Shown here piece by piece: positions 47,348-56,983 of a stretch of DNA of 64,000 nt; the first letter of the stretch is position 1; each line of letters begins with the position of its first letter. The notes beneath the pieces were generated by a model. The model was given only the letters and a program-made list of their open reading frames with translations. It ran no database searches and was not told where the DNA came from. A program made the position numbers and the translations under genes. The stretch is taken from positions 287,339-351,338 of the forward strand of contig CAVYVI010000014.1 in NCBI GenBank assembly GCA_963771905.1, read 5' to 3'. The DNA comes from an uncultured Acidobacteriota bacterium (GTDB lineage: Bacteria; Acidobacteriota; Terriglobia; Acidiferrales; UBA7541).

Positions 47348-47884
47348 ATGAAAAAGATACCGATTTACGGATTGCTGGCGGAGTTCGAGACGCCGGAAGA
47401 GCTGCTGGCGGCGGCGGAGCGCGCGCAGCTCGAAGGCTACCGGCGTATGGATGCGTTCACACCCATGCCGGTGGAAGGCCTTGCCGACGCGGTAGGATTC
47501 CATCATACGATTTTGCCGGTGATTGTGTTTTTTGGCGGGCTATTCGGGTGCATCGGCGGTTTTTTTCTCCAGTATTATCCGAACGTCATCGGATTTCCGC
47601 TGAACATCGACGGGAAACCTCACAACAGCTGGCCCGCGTTCATTCCAATTACGTTCGAGATGACCATATTATTCGCGGCGTTGGCCGCTGTATTCGGAAT
47701 GCTGGCGATGAACGGTCTGCCGACACCGCATCACCCGATTTTCAACGTTCCGCGATTCGAGCTGGCGTCGCGCGACCGATTCTTTTTGTGCATCAAGGCG
47801 CGGGACAAGAAATTCGATCGCGAGAAGACGAAGCTATTTTTGGAGAGCCTAAAGCCGCACGGCGTATATGACATTGAAGCGTAA
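47348..47884 (+). CDS. actD: Alternative complex III subunit ActD (DUF3341)
   Basis: The IYGLLAEFETPEELLAAAERAQLEGYRRMDAFTPMPVEGL start is typical of ActD, and it has two TM helices. Confidence 0.85.
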   Translation: MKKIPIYGLLAEFETPEELLAAAERAQLEGYRRMDAFTPMPVEGLADAVGFHHTILPVIVFFGGLFGCIGGFFLQYYPNVIGFPLNIDGKPHNSWPAFIPITFEMTILFAALAAVFGMLAMNGLPTPHHPIFNVPRFELASRDRFFLCIKARDKKFDREKTKLFLESLKPHGVYDIEA

Positions 47885-48506
47885 GAGCGGATGGCGGGCA
47901 TGGCCGGCCGAGGCGCGCGCGCGGTGGCGCGGACGCACGGCGCTGGCCGCGGGCCTGGCGCTTGGCGCGATGGCGCTGGCGGGGTGCCGTTTGGACATGC
48001 AAGTCCAGCCGAAATACAAGACATACGATCCCAGCACATTTTTCGATGATGGGCGTTCGGCGCGGCAACCGGTTCCGGGGACAGTGGCGCGCGGAGAATT
48101 GGAAATCGACGATTATTTTTACAAGGGAAAAGTGGACGGGAAGGACGCTGATACGTTTCCGTTCCCGATCACGGCGAACGACATGCTGCGCGGTCAGCAG
48201 CGCTACAACATTTATTGCAGTCCGTGCCACGACTACACGGGCAGCGGGCGGGGAATGATTGTGCAGCGCGGATTTCCGCAGCCACCGTCTTACCACATCG
48301 ACCGTCTGCGCCAGGCGCCGGTGGGCCACTTCTTCGACGTGATGACCAACGGATTCGGAGCGATGTACAGCTACGCGGCGCGCGTTTCGCCGGCGGACCG
48401 CTGGCGCATCGCGGCGTACATTCGCGCGCTTCAACTGGCCGAACATGCGACGCCGGAAGACGTTCCCGCCGACCAGCGGGCGAAATTGACGGTGCAACAA
48501 CCATGA
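47868..48506 (+). CDS. actE: Alternative complex III subunit ActE (monohaem cytochrome c lipoprotein)
   Basis: Lipobox LAGC, a single CSPCH haem motif, and a downstream Met region (FGAMYSYA). It overlaps actD by 17 nt. Confidence 0.85.
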   Translation: MTLKRKSGWRAWPAEARARWRGRTALAAGLALGAMALAGCRLDMQVQPKYKTYDPSTFFDDGRSARQPVPGTVARGELEIDDYFYKGKVDGKDADTFPFPITANDMLRGQQRYNIYCSPCHDYTGSGRGMIVQRGFPQPPSYHIDRLRQAPVGHFFDVMTNGFGAMYSYAARVSPADRWRIAAYIRALQLAEHATPEDVPADQRAKLTVQQP

Positions 48507-49678
48507 CGAGCGCGGAAGCACTCGGCCCCGTCTTCGATCGCGCGCAGAGAAGCGCGCTGACGGTGGGCGTGCTGGGGTTCGTGACCACCGGCATTCTCTA
48601 TCTGCGGAATCCGGAGCAGTTTTTCCGGTCGTATCTTCTGGCGTTCGTGTTCTGGATTGGATTTCCGCTGGGCTGCACGGCGATCGTGATGCTGCACCAT
48701 CTCACGGGCGGCGATTGGGGATTGCCGATTCGCAGGCCGCTTGAGGCAGGCACACGGACGTTTCCGCTGATGCTGATTCTGTTCATTCCGCTCTTGTTTG
48801 GATTGAAGACGCTGTTTCCATGGACGAATCTCGCACTTGTCAACAGCGATCCCAAACTGAAAATCAAAGAGTTCTATCTGAATCTGCATTTCTTTCTGAT
48901 CCGCGCCGTGATTTATTTTCTAATCTGGCTGGCGCTGAGCTACTTCCTCAACAAGTGGTCGGAAGAGCAGGACCGTACGGGCGATCCTGCGCTTGCGAGG
49001 CGACTGGAAGGAATCAGCGGGCCGGGGTTGATCCTCTACGGAATCACGGTGACATTCGCGTGCGTGGATTGGGTGATGTCGCTCGAGCCGCACTGGTTCT
49101 CGACGATATTCGGGATGATCTTCATGATGGTGGAGGTATTGGGCGCGATGGCGCTGGTGATCGTGGTGGCGCGGATATTGGCGAAGTACGAGCCGTTCTC
49201 GAAAGCGGTTTCAGCGGACCAATTCAACGATCTGGGCAACCTGCTTCTCACTTTCGTGATGCTCTGGGCTTATCTGTCATTTTCGCAATTCCTGATCATC
49301 TGGTCGGGGAATTTGAGGGAGGAGATTTCCTGGTACGTGGTGCGAGCGGCAGGGGGCTGGGCGGCGCTGGCGATGTTTCTGATCAGTTTTCACTTTGCGA
49401 TTCCGTTCCTGCTGCTGTTGCAACGCGGCATCAAACGGCGCATGAGGCATCTTGCGATGGTTGCCGGAGTGCTGATTTTCATCAGCTTCGTGGATGTGTT
49501 CTGGCTGGTGGTCCCGGCATTCGAGAGGGAAGGGCCGCGACTTCATGCGCTCGATCTGACCGCGCCGATCGCGATTGGCGGACTGTGGGTGGCGGCGTTT
49601 ATATGGCAATTGAAGCGCCGGTCGCTGCTGCCGCTGCACGACCCGCGATTCGAGGGAGTGGTGCAACATGGCGATTGA
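48503..49678 (+). CDS. actF: Alternative complex III subunit ActF (second NrfD-like membrane subunit)
   Basis: ATG 48503 overlaps the actE stop (ATGA). The product is polytopic, 391 aa (HHLTGGDWG, FSQFLIIWSGNL). Confidence 0.85.
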   Translation: MTSAEALGPVFDRAQRSALTVGVLGFVTTGILYLRNPEQFFRSYLLAFVFWIGFPLGCTAIVMLHHLTGGDWGLPIRRPLEAGTRTFPLMLILFIPLLFGLKTLFPWTNLALVNSDPKLKIKEFYLNLHFFLIRAVIYFLIWLALSYFLNKWSEEQDRTGDPALARRLEGISGPGLILYGITVTFACVDWVMSLEPHWFSTIFGMIFMMVEVLGAMALVIVVARILAKYEPFSKAVSADQFNDLGNLLLTFVMLWAYLSFSQFLIIWSGNLREEISWYVVRAAGGWAALAMFLISFHFAIPFLLLLQRGIKRRMRHLAMVAGVLIFISFVDVFWLVVPAFEREGPRLHALDLTAPIAIGGLWVAAFIWQLKRRSLLPLHDPRFEGVVQHGD

Positions 49679-50135
49679 TCCCCATACATCGCCGGGCGGG
49701 ACCGGGAATCCCGGCTACGAAACGCGGGACGCGAACGTCACGAGCCTGCTGAAGTTTGGCCTGTGGATGGCGCTGATACTAATTTCCATCGGTTTCGGGA
49801 TGAAATGGATGTTCGGCTATTTCGCGCACACGCAGAACCTGGGGCCGGCGGTGTCGCCATTCGAGAACACGCGAACGCTGCCGCCGCTGCCGCGGCTGCA
49901 GACGACGCCACAGAAGGACATTCACGATTACTGGGAAGCGGAGCAGGACGAATTGAACAGTTACGGCTGGGTCGACCGGCAGAACGGCATCGTGCGGATC
50001 CCGATCGATCGCGCGATGCGGCTGGTTCTCGAGCGCGGGCTGCCCGCGCGCGCAGGCGGCAAGGCGCCGGAGGAGACGCCGAATTCGGCCGCGCCGATCG
50101 ATAAAGGAAGATCGGCGGGAGGGACCCAACAATGA
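49668..50135 (+). CDS. Single-TM protein encoded between actF and SCO1 (uncharacterised; possible ACIII/oxidase accessory subunit)
   Basis: The start overlaps the actF end by 11 nt, and its stop overlaps the SCO1 start (ATGA). One TM helix (LLKFGLWMALILISIGFGMKWMF), then a soluble part of about 90 aa. Confidence 0.6.
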   Translation: MAIDPHTSPGGTGNPGYETRDANVTSLLKFGLWMALILISIGFGMKWMFGYFAHTQNLGPAVSPFENTRTLPPLPRLQTTPQKDIHDYWEAEQDELNSYGWVDRQNGIVRIPIDRAMRLVLERGLPARAGGKAPEETPNSAAPIDKGRSAGGTQQ

Positions 50136-51043
50136 GTGGCGCGCGGAAGCTGCGAAGATTTCTGATGGCGGGCGTTTTTGCGGCGACGTTCTGGAGCAAC
50201 GCCTTGAACGCGCAGATCAATTACGCGCAGCCACCGGCGGATGATTCCGCACCGGTGCAGGCCGCGGGCGTGCGGCCGGAATTGCTGCGCGATGTGTCGC
50301 TCGAACAGAAACTCGATGCGCCGATTCCGCCGGATTTGAAGTTCCGTGACGAAAAAGGGAAAAGCGTCGAGCTGCGGCAATTTTTCGGAAGCAAGCCCGT
50401 GATTTTGGCGCTTGTGTATTACCAGTGCCCGATGCTGTGCACGGAAGTGCTGAACGCGATGACCCGCAGCCTCAAGGAAATTTCGCTCGACATGGGGAAG
50501 GACTACGAGGTGGTTACGGTGAGCTTCGATCCGACCGACCGGCCGATTGAAGCAGAAGCCAAGCGCGCGCTCTACACGGGAATGTACAACCGAGCGGGAG
50601 CGCAAGACGGCTGGCATTTTCTCACCGGCGAGCAGCCGCAAATCAAGGCGCTGGCGGATGCGGTTGGATTTCACTATGCGTTCGATCCGATTTCGAAGCA
50701 GTACGCGCATCCGAGCGGAATCATGGTGCTGACGCCGGAAGGAAAACTCGCGCGCTATTTTTACGGAGTGACGTACCCGCAGCGGGATTTGCGGCTGGCG
50801 TTGGTGGAAGCCTCGGCAGGGAAGATTGGTTCGCCGGTGGATGCGATTCTTTTGTACTGCTATCACTACGACCCGCTGACGGGGAAATACGGGCTCGTCA
50901 TTTCGCGAGTGATTCAGATCGCGGGACTGTTGACCGTCCTCGGAATGGCGATTCTGATTTTTGTTTTGTTCCGGCAGGAGAATTACGGCTCGGTGGGACG
51001 CGGCGGCCAGAAGCGAGGGCGGGAACTCCACGGGCATGTTTAA
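50132..51043 (+). CDS. SCO1/SenC copper chaperone
   Basis: Thioredoxin-fold CxxxC motif YYQCPMLCTEVLN and a downstream His (YAHPSGIMVL). It has an extra C-terminal TM segment. Confidence 0.85.
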   Translation: MSGARKLRRFLMAGVFAATFWSNALNAQINYAQPPADDSAPVQAAGVRPELLRDVSLEQKLDAPIPPDLKFRDEKGKSVELRQFFGSKPVILALVYYQCPMLCTEVLNAMTRSLKEISLDMGKDYEVVTVSFDPTDRPIEAEAKRALYTGMYNRAGAQDGWHFLTGEQPQIKALADAVGFHYAFDPISKQYAHPSGIMVLTPEGKLARYFYGVTYPQRDLRLALVEASAGKIGSPVDAILLYCYHYDPLTGKYGLVISRVIQIAGLLTVLGMAILIFVLFRQENYGSVGRGGQKRGRELHGHV

Positions 51044-52016
51044 TTTTTTAGTGGCGGGCGTTGCGATAGCGGGGCCGGGCTTTCCGCTCAAGCCCGTGGA
51101 CGCGTCGACGACGGCATCGAGCGTCGACCATCTTCAGTACGCGCTGACGGCCATCACGCTGTTTTTTACAATCGTCATTTTTGCGGTGATTTTTTATTTC
51201 ATGGTGAAGTACCGGCGGCGCTCGGAAGATGATCGTCCGCCGGAGATTGAGATGTCGTTGCCGCTTGAAATCACATGGACGGTGATTCCCACGCTGATTT
51301 GCGCCGTCATCTTCGTGTGGAGCTCAAGCGTCTATTTCCGGGATTCGCGGCCGCCAAACGCTTCGATGGAGATTTTTGTAGTCGGAAAGCAATGGATGTG
51401 GCACCTGCAGCATCCCGAGGGTCCGCGGGAGATCGACGAGCTGCACGTTCCGGTCGGCGTTCCGGTGAAGCTGACGATGACGTCGGAAGATGTGATCCAC
51501 GATTTTTTTATTCCCGCGTTCCGGATCAAGAAGGATGTGTTGCCGGGGCGGTATTCGTCGATCTGGTTCCAAGCGACGAAGGTCGGCACGTATCATTTTT
51601 TCTGCGCACAGTATTGCGGAGCGGAGCATTCCGGGATGATCGGCTGGGTGTACGTGATGACGCCGACGGACTATGCGAACTGGCTGAGCGGCGGCGGGGC
51701 ACACGAATCGATGGCGCAGGCGGGCGAGCGGCTGTTCACGCAACTCGGCTGCGTCACGTGCCACGTCGCCAATGGCACGGGTCGCGGGCCGGTTTTGCAG
51801 GGACTCTACGGGCATCCCGTGAAATTGCGGAGCGGCGAAACGAGGATGGTGGATGAGACTTACATTCGTCAAGCCATCGTGAATCCAAACTCGATGCCGC
51901 TGCCGAATTACGCGCCTGTGATGCCGACGTTTCAGGGCCAGGTGAATGAAGAGCAGGTGCTGCAGTTGATCGCGTACGTGAAGTCGCTGGGTGTGGAAGA
52001 AAGGAAGTCGAAATGA
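51036..52016 (+). CDS. coxB: Cytochrome c oxidase subunit II with a fused C-terminal cytochrome c domain (caa3-type)
   Basis: Two N-terminal TM helices. CuA site HDFFIP...[13 protein letters not shown]-terminal CVTCH haem c motif. The start at ATG 51036 overlaps the SCO1 end by 8 nt. Confidence 0.9.
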   Translation: MFNFLVAGVAIAGPGFPLKPVDASTTASSVDHLQYALTAITLFFTIVIFAVIFYFMVKYRRRSEDDRPPEIEMSLPLEITWTVIPTLICAVIFVWSSSVYFRDSRPPNASMEIFVVGKQWMWHLQHPEGPREIDELHVPVGVPVKLTMTSEDVIHDFFIPAFRIKKDVLPGRYSSIWFQATKVGTYHFFCAQYCGAEHSGMIGWVYVMTPTDYANWLSGGGAHESMAQAGERLFTQLGCVTCHVANGTGRGPVLQGLYGHPVKLRSGETRMVDETYIRQAIVNPNSMPLPNYAPVMPTFQGQVNEEQVLQLIAYVKSLGVEERKSK

Positions 52017-53641
52017 GCACGGCCGTGCTGGAAGCGCCCGCCGAATCGCGCGTGAATTATTTGAACGCGAGCTACGGCATCAAGTCGTGGCTCTTCACGA
52101 CAGACCACAAGCGCATCGCGCTGCTGTATCTGGCGTCGATCACGTTTATGTTTTTTGTAGGCGGGGCCGCAGCGGTTTTGATGCGGATGAACCTGATCGA
52201 GCCGCAGGGCGCGCTGGTACAACCGGAAACGTACAACAAGCTGTTTACGATTCACGGCGTGGTGATGGTGTTTTTTTTCCTGATTCCGTCGATACCCGCG
52301 GTGCTGGGGAATTTTCTGGTGCCGATGATGATCGGGGCGCGGGACCTCGCATTTCCGCGGCTCAACCTGCTGAGCTGGTACCTCTACATCGTGGGCGCAT
52401 CGTTCACGCTGTACGCAATCCTGGCTGGCGGCGTGGACACCGGATGGACGTTCTATACGCCGTACAGCAGCACGTACTCGCATACGCATGTGATTGCCAT
52501 GGCCGTCGGGATATTCATCACCGGATTTTCTTCGATTTTGACGGGCCTGAATTTCATCGTCACGATTCACATGATGCGCGCGCCGGGGCTGACGTGGTTC
52601 CGGCTGCCGCTATTTATCTGGTCGATGTACGCGTCGAGCATCATTTTCATTCTCGGGACGCCGGTGATCGCGATCACGCTGTTTCTTCTGGCGCTCGAGC
52701 GGCTGCTGCACGTGGGAATTTTCGATCCCGCGATCGGCGGCGACCCTCTTTTGTTCCAGCATCTGTTCTGGTTTTATTCGCATCCCGCGGTGTACATCAT
52801 GATTCTGCCGGGGATGGGCGTGGTGAGCGAGCTGATTACGGCATTCTCGAAGAAGAAAATTTTCGGATACAAATTCGTGGCGTTTTCAAGCATGGCGATT
52901 GCGGTCCTGAGCTTTCTGGTTTGGGGCCACCACATGTTCGTCTCGGGCCAGTCGATCTATGCGGGACTGATTTTTTCGGTGCTGAGCTTCCTCGTGGCGA
53001 TTCCTTCGGCGATCAAGGTATTCAATTGGACGGCGACTCTTTACAAAGGATCGATTTCGTACGATGCGCCGATGCTGTACGCGCTGGGCTTCATCGGGCT
53101 GTTTACGATGGGCGGGTTGACGGGGCTGTTCCTGGCGTCGCTGGCAACGGATGTTCATTTGAGCGGAACGTACTTCATCGTGGCGCACTTCCACTACATC
53201 ATGGTCGGCGGCGCGGTGATGGCGTATCTCGGCGGGATTCATTTCTGGTGGCCGAAAATCACGGGCCGGATGTATCCGGATGGATGGGCGCGGTTCGCCG
53301 CGTTGATCATTTTCGTCGGCTTTAATTTGACGTTTTTCCCGCAATTCGTGCTCGGGTATTTGGGAATGCCGCGGCGGTACGCCGTATATCCCGCGGAATT
53401 TCAAGTGCTAAACGTGATGTCCTCGGCGGGCGCATCGATTCTGGCAGTAGGCTATCTGATCCCGCTGATTTATTTGCTCTGGTCGATTCGTTACGGGCCG
53501 GTGGCCGGCGGAAATCCGTGGGGAGCGAAGGGTCTGGAATGGCAGACGGCTTCGCCGCCGCCAACAGAGAACTTCGAGGAAATACCGATTGTGACGGAAG
53601 AGGCATACGCGTACGCCGAGCCGGAGACATCGCATGTCTGA
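52013..53641 (+). CDS. coxA: Cytochrome c oxidase subunit I (A-type haem-copper oxidase)
   Basis: [15 protein letters not shown] (CuB His plus cross-linked Tyr context), VWGHHMF (CuB His pair) and AHFHY (haem ligands). The ATGA overlaps the coxB stop. Confidence 0.95.
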   Translation: MSTAVLEAPAESRVNYLNASYGIKSWLFTTDHKRIALLYLASITFMFFVGGAAAVLMRMNLIEPQGALVQPETYNKLFTIHGVVMVFFFLIPSIPAVLGNFLVPMMIGARDLAFPRLNLLSWYLYIVGASFTLYAILAGGVDTGWTFYTPYSSTYSHTHVIAMAVGIFITGFSSILTGLNFIVTIHMMRAPGLTWFRLPLFIWSMYASSIIFILGTPVIAITLFLLALERLLHVGIFDPAIGGDPLLFQHLFWFYSHPAVYIMILPGMGVVSELITAFSKKKIFGYKFVAFSSMAIAVLSFLVWGHHMFVSGQSIYAGLIFSVLSFLVAIPSAIKVFNWTATLYKGSISYDAPMLYALGFIGLFTMGGLTGLFLASLATDVHLSGTYFIVAHFHYIMVGGAVMAYLGGIHFWWPKITGRMYPDGWARFAALIIFVGFNLTFFPQFVLGYLGMPRRYAVYPAEFQVLNVMSSAGASILAVGYLIPLIYLLWSIRYGPVAGGNPWGAKGLEWQTASPPPTENFEEIPIVTEEAYAYAEPETSHV

Positions 53642-54344
53642 ACTCGCGTCGACAGGAATGCCTTCGAGCGGCGGGCACGCCGCGGGTGTCAGCGTGCCCG
53701 GGCTGCGGCATCACTTTGAGGACGCCGAGCAGCAGCGTGAAGCGGGCACGCTGGGGATGTGGGTATTCCTGGCAACGGAGATTCTTTTCTTTGGAGGACT
53801 GTTCGCGGGCTATGCGATTTACCGGTCGCTCTATTTGCCGGGATTTGAAGCGGGCAGCCGGCTTTTGAACGGAGCGTTGGGCGCGACGAACACGGCGGTG
53901 CTGATCGGGAGCAGCCTGACGATGGCCATGGCCGTGCATTCGGCGCAGACGGGCAAACGCAAAGCGCTCGTGGCGTACCTGATCGTCACGATGATTTTGG
54001 GCGCGGCGTTTTTGGGGATCAAGTATCACGAGTGGGCGCATCACTGGGACGTTTCGCTGGTGCCCGGCTTGCGGTTCGCGCCGACGGAAGCGATTCCGGG
54101 GAATGCGCCACTTGGGTCCGTGGAAATGTTCTTCTGCTTTTATTTTTTCATGACCGGACTGCACGCACTGCACATGATCATCGGGCTCGGGATAATGACG
54201 GTGATGACGGTTATGGCGTGGCGGGGAAAGTTTTCGCCGGAGTACTATACGCCGATCGAGGTGAGCGGGCTGTACTGGCACTTCGTCGACATCGTGTGGA
54301 TATTTCTGTTTCCGCTACTCTATCTCATCGGAGGGCGCTACTGA
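53634..54344 (+). CDS. coxC: Cytochrome c oxidase subunit III
   Basis: Typical [21 protein letters not shown], and C-terminal [16 protein letters not shown]. Confidence 0.9.
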   Translation: MSELASTGMPSSGGHAAGVSVPGLRHHFEDAEQQREAGTLGMWVFLATEILFFGGLFAGYAIYRSLYLPGFEAGSRLLNGALGATNTAVLIGSSLTMAMAVHSAQTGKRKALVAYLIVTMILGAAFLGIKYHEWAHHWDVSLVPGLRFAPTEAIPGNAPLGSVEMFFCFYFFMTGLHALHMIIGLGIMTVMTVMAWRGKFSPEYYTPIEVSGLYWHFVDIVWIFLFPLLYLIGGRY

Positions 54345-54676
54345 TGTCGGAGCACGTCGTTCCGGTTCGCGTGTACGTGAGCGTGTTTGTGGCGCTGCTG
54401 TGCCTCACGGCCTTGACGACCGGCGTCGCGTATATCGATCTCGGCGCGCTCAATACGGTGGCGGCGCTCGGGATCGCCGGCGTGAAAATGCTTCTGGTGG
54501 TGCTGTTCTTCATGCACGTCCGCTACAGCTCGGGTATGACGAAGATCGTGATTCTCGCGGCAATCTTCTGGCTCGCGCTGCTGATTTCGATGACGCTTGC
54601 CGACGTCTATACGCGGCATTGGACGCCGGGTTCGAGCGGCTGGGGTCCATCGATTTCGTCGAGTCAGAATCCGTAG
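54344..54676 (+). CDS. coxD: Cytochrome c oxidase subunit IV (prokaryotic CoxD/CtaF-like)
   Basis: 110 aa with three TM helices and the MLLVVLFFMH motif. ATG 54344 overlaps the coxC TGA by 1 nt. The track ORF starts earlier, at 54032. Confidence 0.8.
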   Translation: MSEHVVPVRVYVSVFVALLCLTALTTGVAYIDLGALNTVAALGIAGVKMLLVVLFFMHVRYSSGMTKIVILAAIFWLALLISMTLADVYTRHWTPGSSGWGPSISSSQNP

Positions 54677-54702
54677 TTTGTGCGGGAATCGCGGGATAGT
54701 TT

Positions 54703-54720
54703 CGCTTCTCAGCGTTTTTT
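54703..54720 (+). terminator. Weak hairpin + T6 after the oxidase operon (possible terminator)
   Basis: cgct-tctc-agcg followed by tttttt, 27 nt after the coxD stop. The stem is only 4 bp, so confidence is low. Confidence 0.3.
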
Positions 54721-54751
54721 CGCGGCATTCAACGAACGCCCTCCGAACTTC

Positions 54752-55066
54752 CTAAGCTTTTTCTCCTGAGCCACGATTTTTGTATTCCTCGAGGAGCGCG
54801 GCTTTCACGGCCAACTCCGGCGATGTAATCGGCGGAATGTGCAGCACGGTCACCTGCCGGCCCGGACTTCGCGGGTCATCGGTGTTGTGCATCCACGCAT
54901 AGGCTTTCGGCGCTTTCGGATGCCCGATGAGATCGAACACTTCTACGAGGCCTTCCCAGATGGTCTTGCCTTCAAATGTTTCTTTTACGGGGACACTCGC
55001 GATGTGCTTCGACTCAACGTGGTGAAGATCGCGGATCGCTTTCTGCAAGGCTTCGATGTAAGTCAA
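54752..55066 (-). CDS. Hypothetical small soluble protein (104 aa)
   Basis: Clean ATG ORF convergent with the oxidase operon. The composition is ordinary (not Arg/Pro-skewed like the shadow ORFs). No family recognised. Confidence 0.5.
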   Translation of the reverse strand: MTYIEALQKAIRDLHHVESKHIASVPVKETFEGKTIWEGLVEVFDLIGHPKAPKAYAWMHNTDDPRSPGRQVTVLHIPPITSPELAVKAALLEEYKNRGSGEKA

Positions 55067-55340
55067 GGCGCCGCCTTTCTCGAATTGCGGAGCGCCCGGA
55101 AGTTAAAATGGATTCCCGAATCCCATCGTGGAAGTGCATCGCAGGATCGCATGGCGCTTCGCCAGATTATACATTGAAGAGAGGAAGCATATCCGGAGCG
55201 AGGAGCATGGGCGCGAACGCGAGCCGGCTGGCGGATTGAGTTCGCGGCGGTTCTTCGGTAACCTCGGCGGGGCGATTCCTGAACATCTGAAGCGGAGTGC
55301 GCGGAGCGAAACGAGAGGGAGTGCGCGCGTGGTTCAACAC

Positions 55341-56600
55341 ATGATGCAGGTGATGCCGCCGGAAGCGGTGAAGATCGTAATGGCGTTGCTTCTGTCGTTC
55401 CTGATCGGGCTCGAGCGCGAGGAGCACAAGATTGGGCCGAGCCAGTATGCATTCGGCGGCGTGCGCACGTTCCCGCTGATCGGGCTTGTGGGTTTTGCGT
55501 TGGCGGAGCTTGCGGGCAGCCAGCTTGTTCCCGTGACCGTCGGATTCGCGGTGGTCGGCGCGTTTCTGTGGCTTTCCTATCAGCACAAACTGCAGAAATT
55601 GGAAGTGGCAGGCGCGACGACGGAAATCTCCGGCCTCGCGACGTATCTGGTGGGCGCGCTTGTGGCGCGGGAACAGTTTTGGCTGGCGGCCGCGCTCACG
55701 GTCATCAGCCTTCTGCTGCTGGAACTGAAGACGTTTCTTGAGAGCCTGTCGAAGCGGCTTCCCGAGCAGGAAATTTTCACCTTTACGAAATTTCTGCTCT
55801 TGAGCGTGGTGATCCTGCCCATCGTGCCGAATCAAGTGTACGGCCCGTTTGGATTCAATCCCTTCAAGACATGGCTTGTGGTGGTCGCGGTGAGTGCGGT
55901 GTCGTATGCGAGCTATCTGTTGCAACTGCGGACGACGGGGAAGAGCGGGATTCTTCTGGCGGCGATTCTGGGAGGAATGTATTCCTCGACGGTTCTGACC
56001 GTGGTGTTCGCGAAACGTGCGCGGGACGAGCATCGGCCGCATCTGTTTTCGGGATCGATTCTCATCGCGTCGAGCGTGATGTATTTCCGAGTTCTGATAT
56101 TGGTAGCGCTGTTCAATATGGAGCTCACGAGGAAGCTGCTCGTGCCGTTTCTCGTTCTTGCGGTGATCGGCATGGTGGCCGGGTGGATATGGACGACGCG
56201 TCCGGACGACGAGAACGAAGCTGTGAAGAGCGAATCGGTCAGCGCGAACCCGCTCGAATTGAGTTCCGCATTTCTCTTCGCGGTGATTTTTGTCGTCTTC
56301 CTGGCTTTGACGCACTATGCCGTCGTGTACCTCGGCAGCGCCGGCGTGTACGGGTTGGCCGCGCTAACCGGATTTACCGACGTCACGCCGCTCATTCTGG
56401 GCCTGGCCAGCACGGCCGGCGCATCGACTCCGTTGCTGATGGCGGCGGCTGCGATCGTCATCGCTTCGGCGAGCAACAACGTCATCAAGGCCGGATATGC
56501 GTATTCGTTCGCGGACCGGAAAACCGGGATGCAGAGTCTCGCGCTGCTGCTCGTGTATTCGATCCTCGGCGTCTTGCCGCTGATTTGGCTGCGCGGGTGA
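55341..56600 (+). CDS. MgtC/SapB-family membrane protein with a C-terminal DUF4010-like domain
   Basis: The start is at MMQVMPPEAVKIVMALLLSFLIGLEREEHK (MgtC signature GLERE). Polytopic, 419 aa. Confidence 0.75.
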   Translation: MMQVMPPEAVKIVMALLLSFLIGLEREEHKIGPSQYAFGGVRTFPLIGLVGFALAELAGSQLVPVTVGFAVVGAFLWLSYQHKLQKLEVAGATTEISGLATYLVGALVAREQFWLAAALTVISLLLLELKTFLESLSKRLPEQEIFTFTKFLLLSVVILPIVPNQVYGPFGFNPFKTWLVVVAVSAVSYASYLLQLRTTGKSGILLAAILGGMYSSTVLTVVFAKRARDEHRPHLFSGSILIASSVMYFRVLILVALFNMELTRKLLVPFLVLAVIGMVAGWIWTTRPDDENEAVKSESVSANPLELSSAFLFAVIFVVFLALTHYAVVYLGSAGVYGLAALTGFTDVTPLILGLASTAGASTPLLMAAAAIVIASASNNVIKAGYAYSFADRKTGMQSLALLLVYSILGVLPLIWLRG

Positions 56601-56646
56601 GGAGCGAATTATTTGGTCGAAGGTCGGTGCGAGCGAGATGCAGGTG

Positions 56647-56844
56647 TCACGCGGGCAGCTTGCCGCGGAGCAACAGGATCAGCCACATCAGCGTAACTCC
56701 GAAACACACGCCGCAACCGACGAGTTGAACGACATCCACGGCGTGATACGCCTGGAATCGGGGTCTTTCGATCACCTGGAATAGCCCGATCAGGCCGATG
56801 AACAAAGCAGCACCAGGAAATACGATTCTGCCTCTTGAAGGCAT
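56647..56844 (-). CDS. Possible small 2-TM membrane protein (65 aa)
   Basis: The C-terminal 65 codons of track ORF 56647..57279 lie outside neighbouring genes and encode two hydrophobic helices (FPGAALFIGLIGLF, VGCGVCFGVTLMWLILLL). The rest of that ORF is antisense to the gene at 56984. Confidence 0.35.
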   Translation of the reverse strand: MPSRGRIVFPGAALFIGLIGLFQVIERPRFQAYHAVDVVQLVGCGVCFGVTLMWLILLLRGKLPA

Positions 56845-56983
56845 GCTGTCCTCCCAAGCACTCTCAGGAATTACGCATTTGGCTCCGAGAACGGCAGGAA
56901 TTGTACACCCGCTTCGCCCGCTCAACGGCGTTGACGTATCATGGGACGTCAATTCGCGTAGGTCGGAAAGTGCAGGAGAGCGG

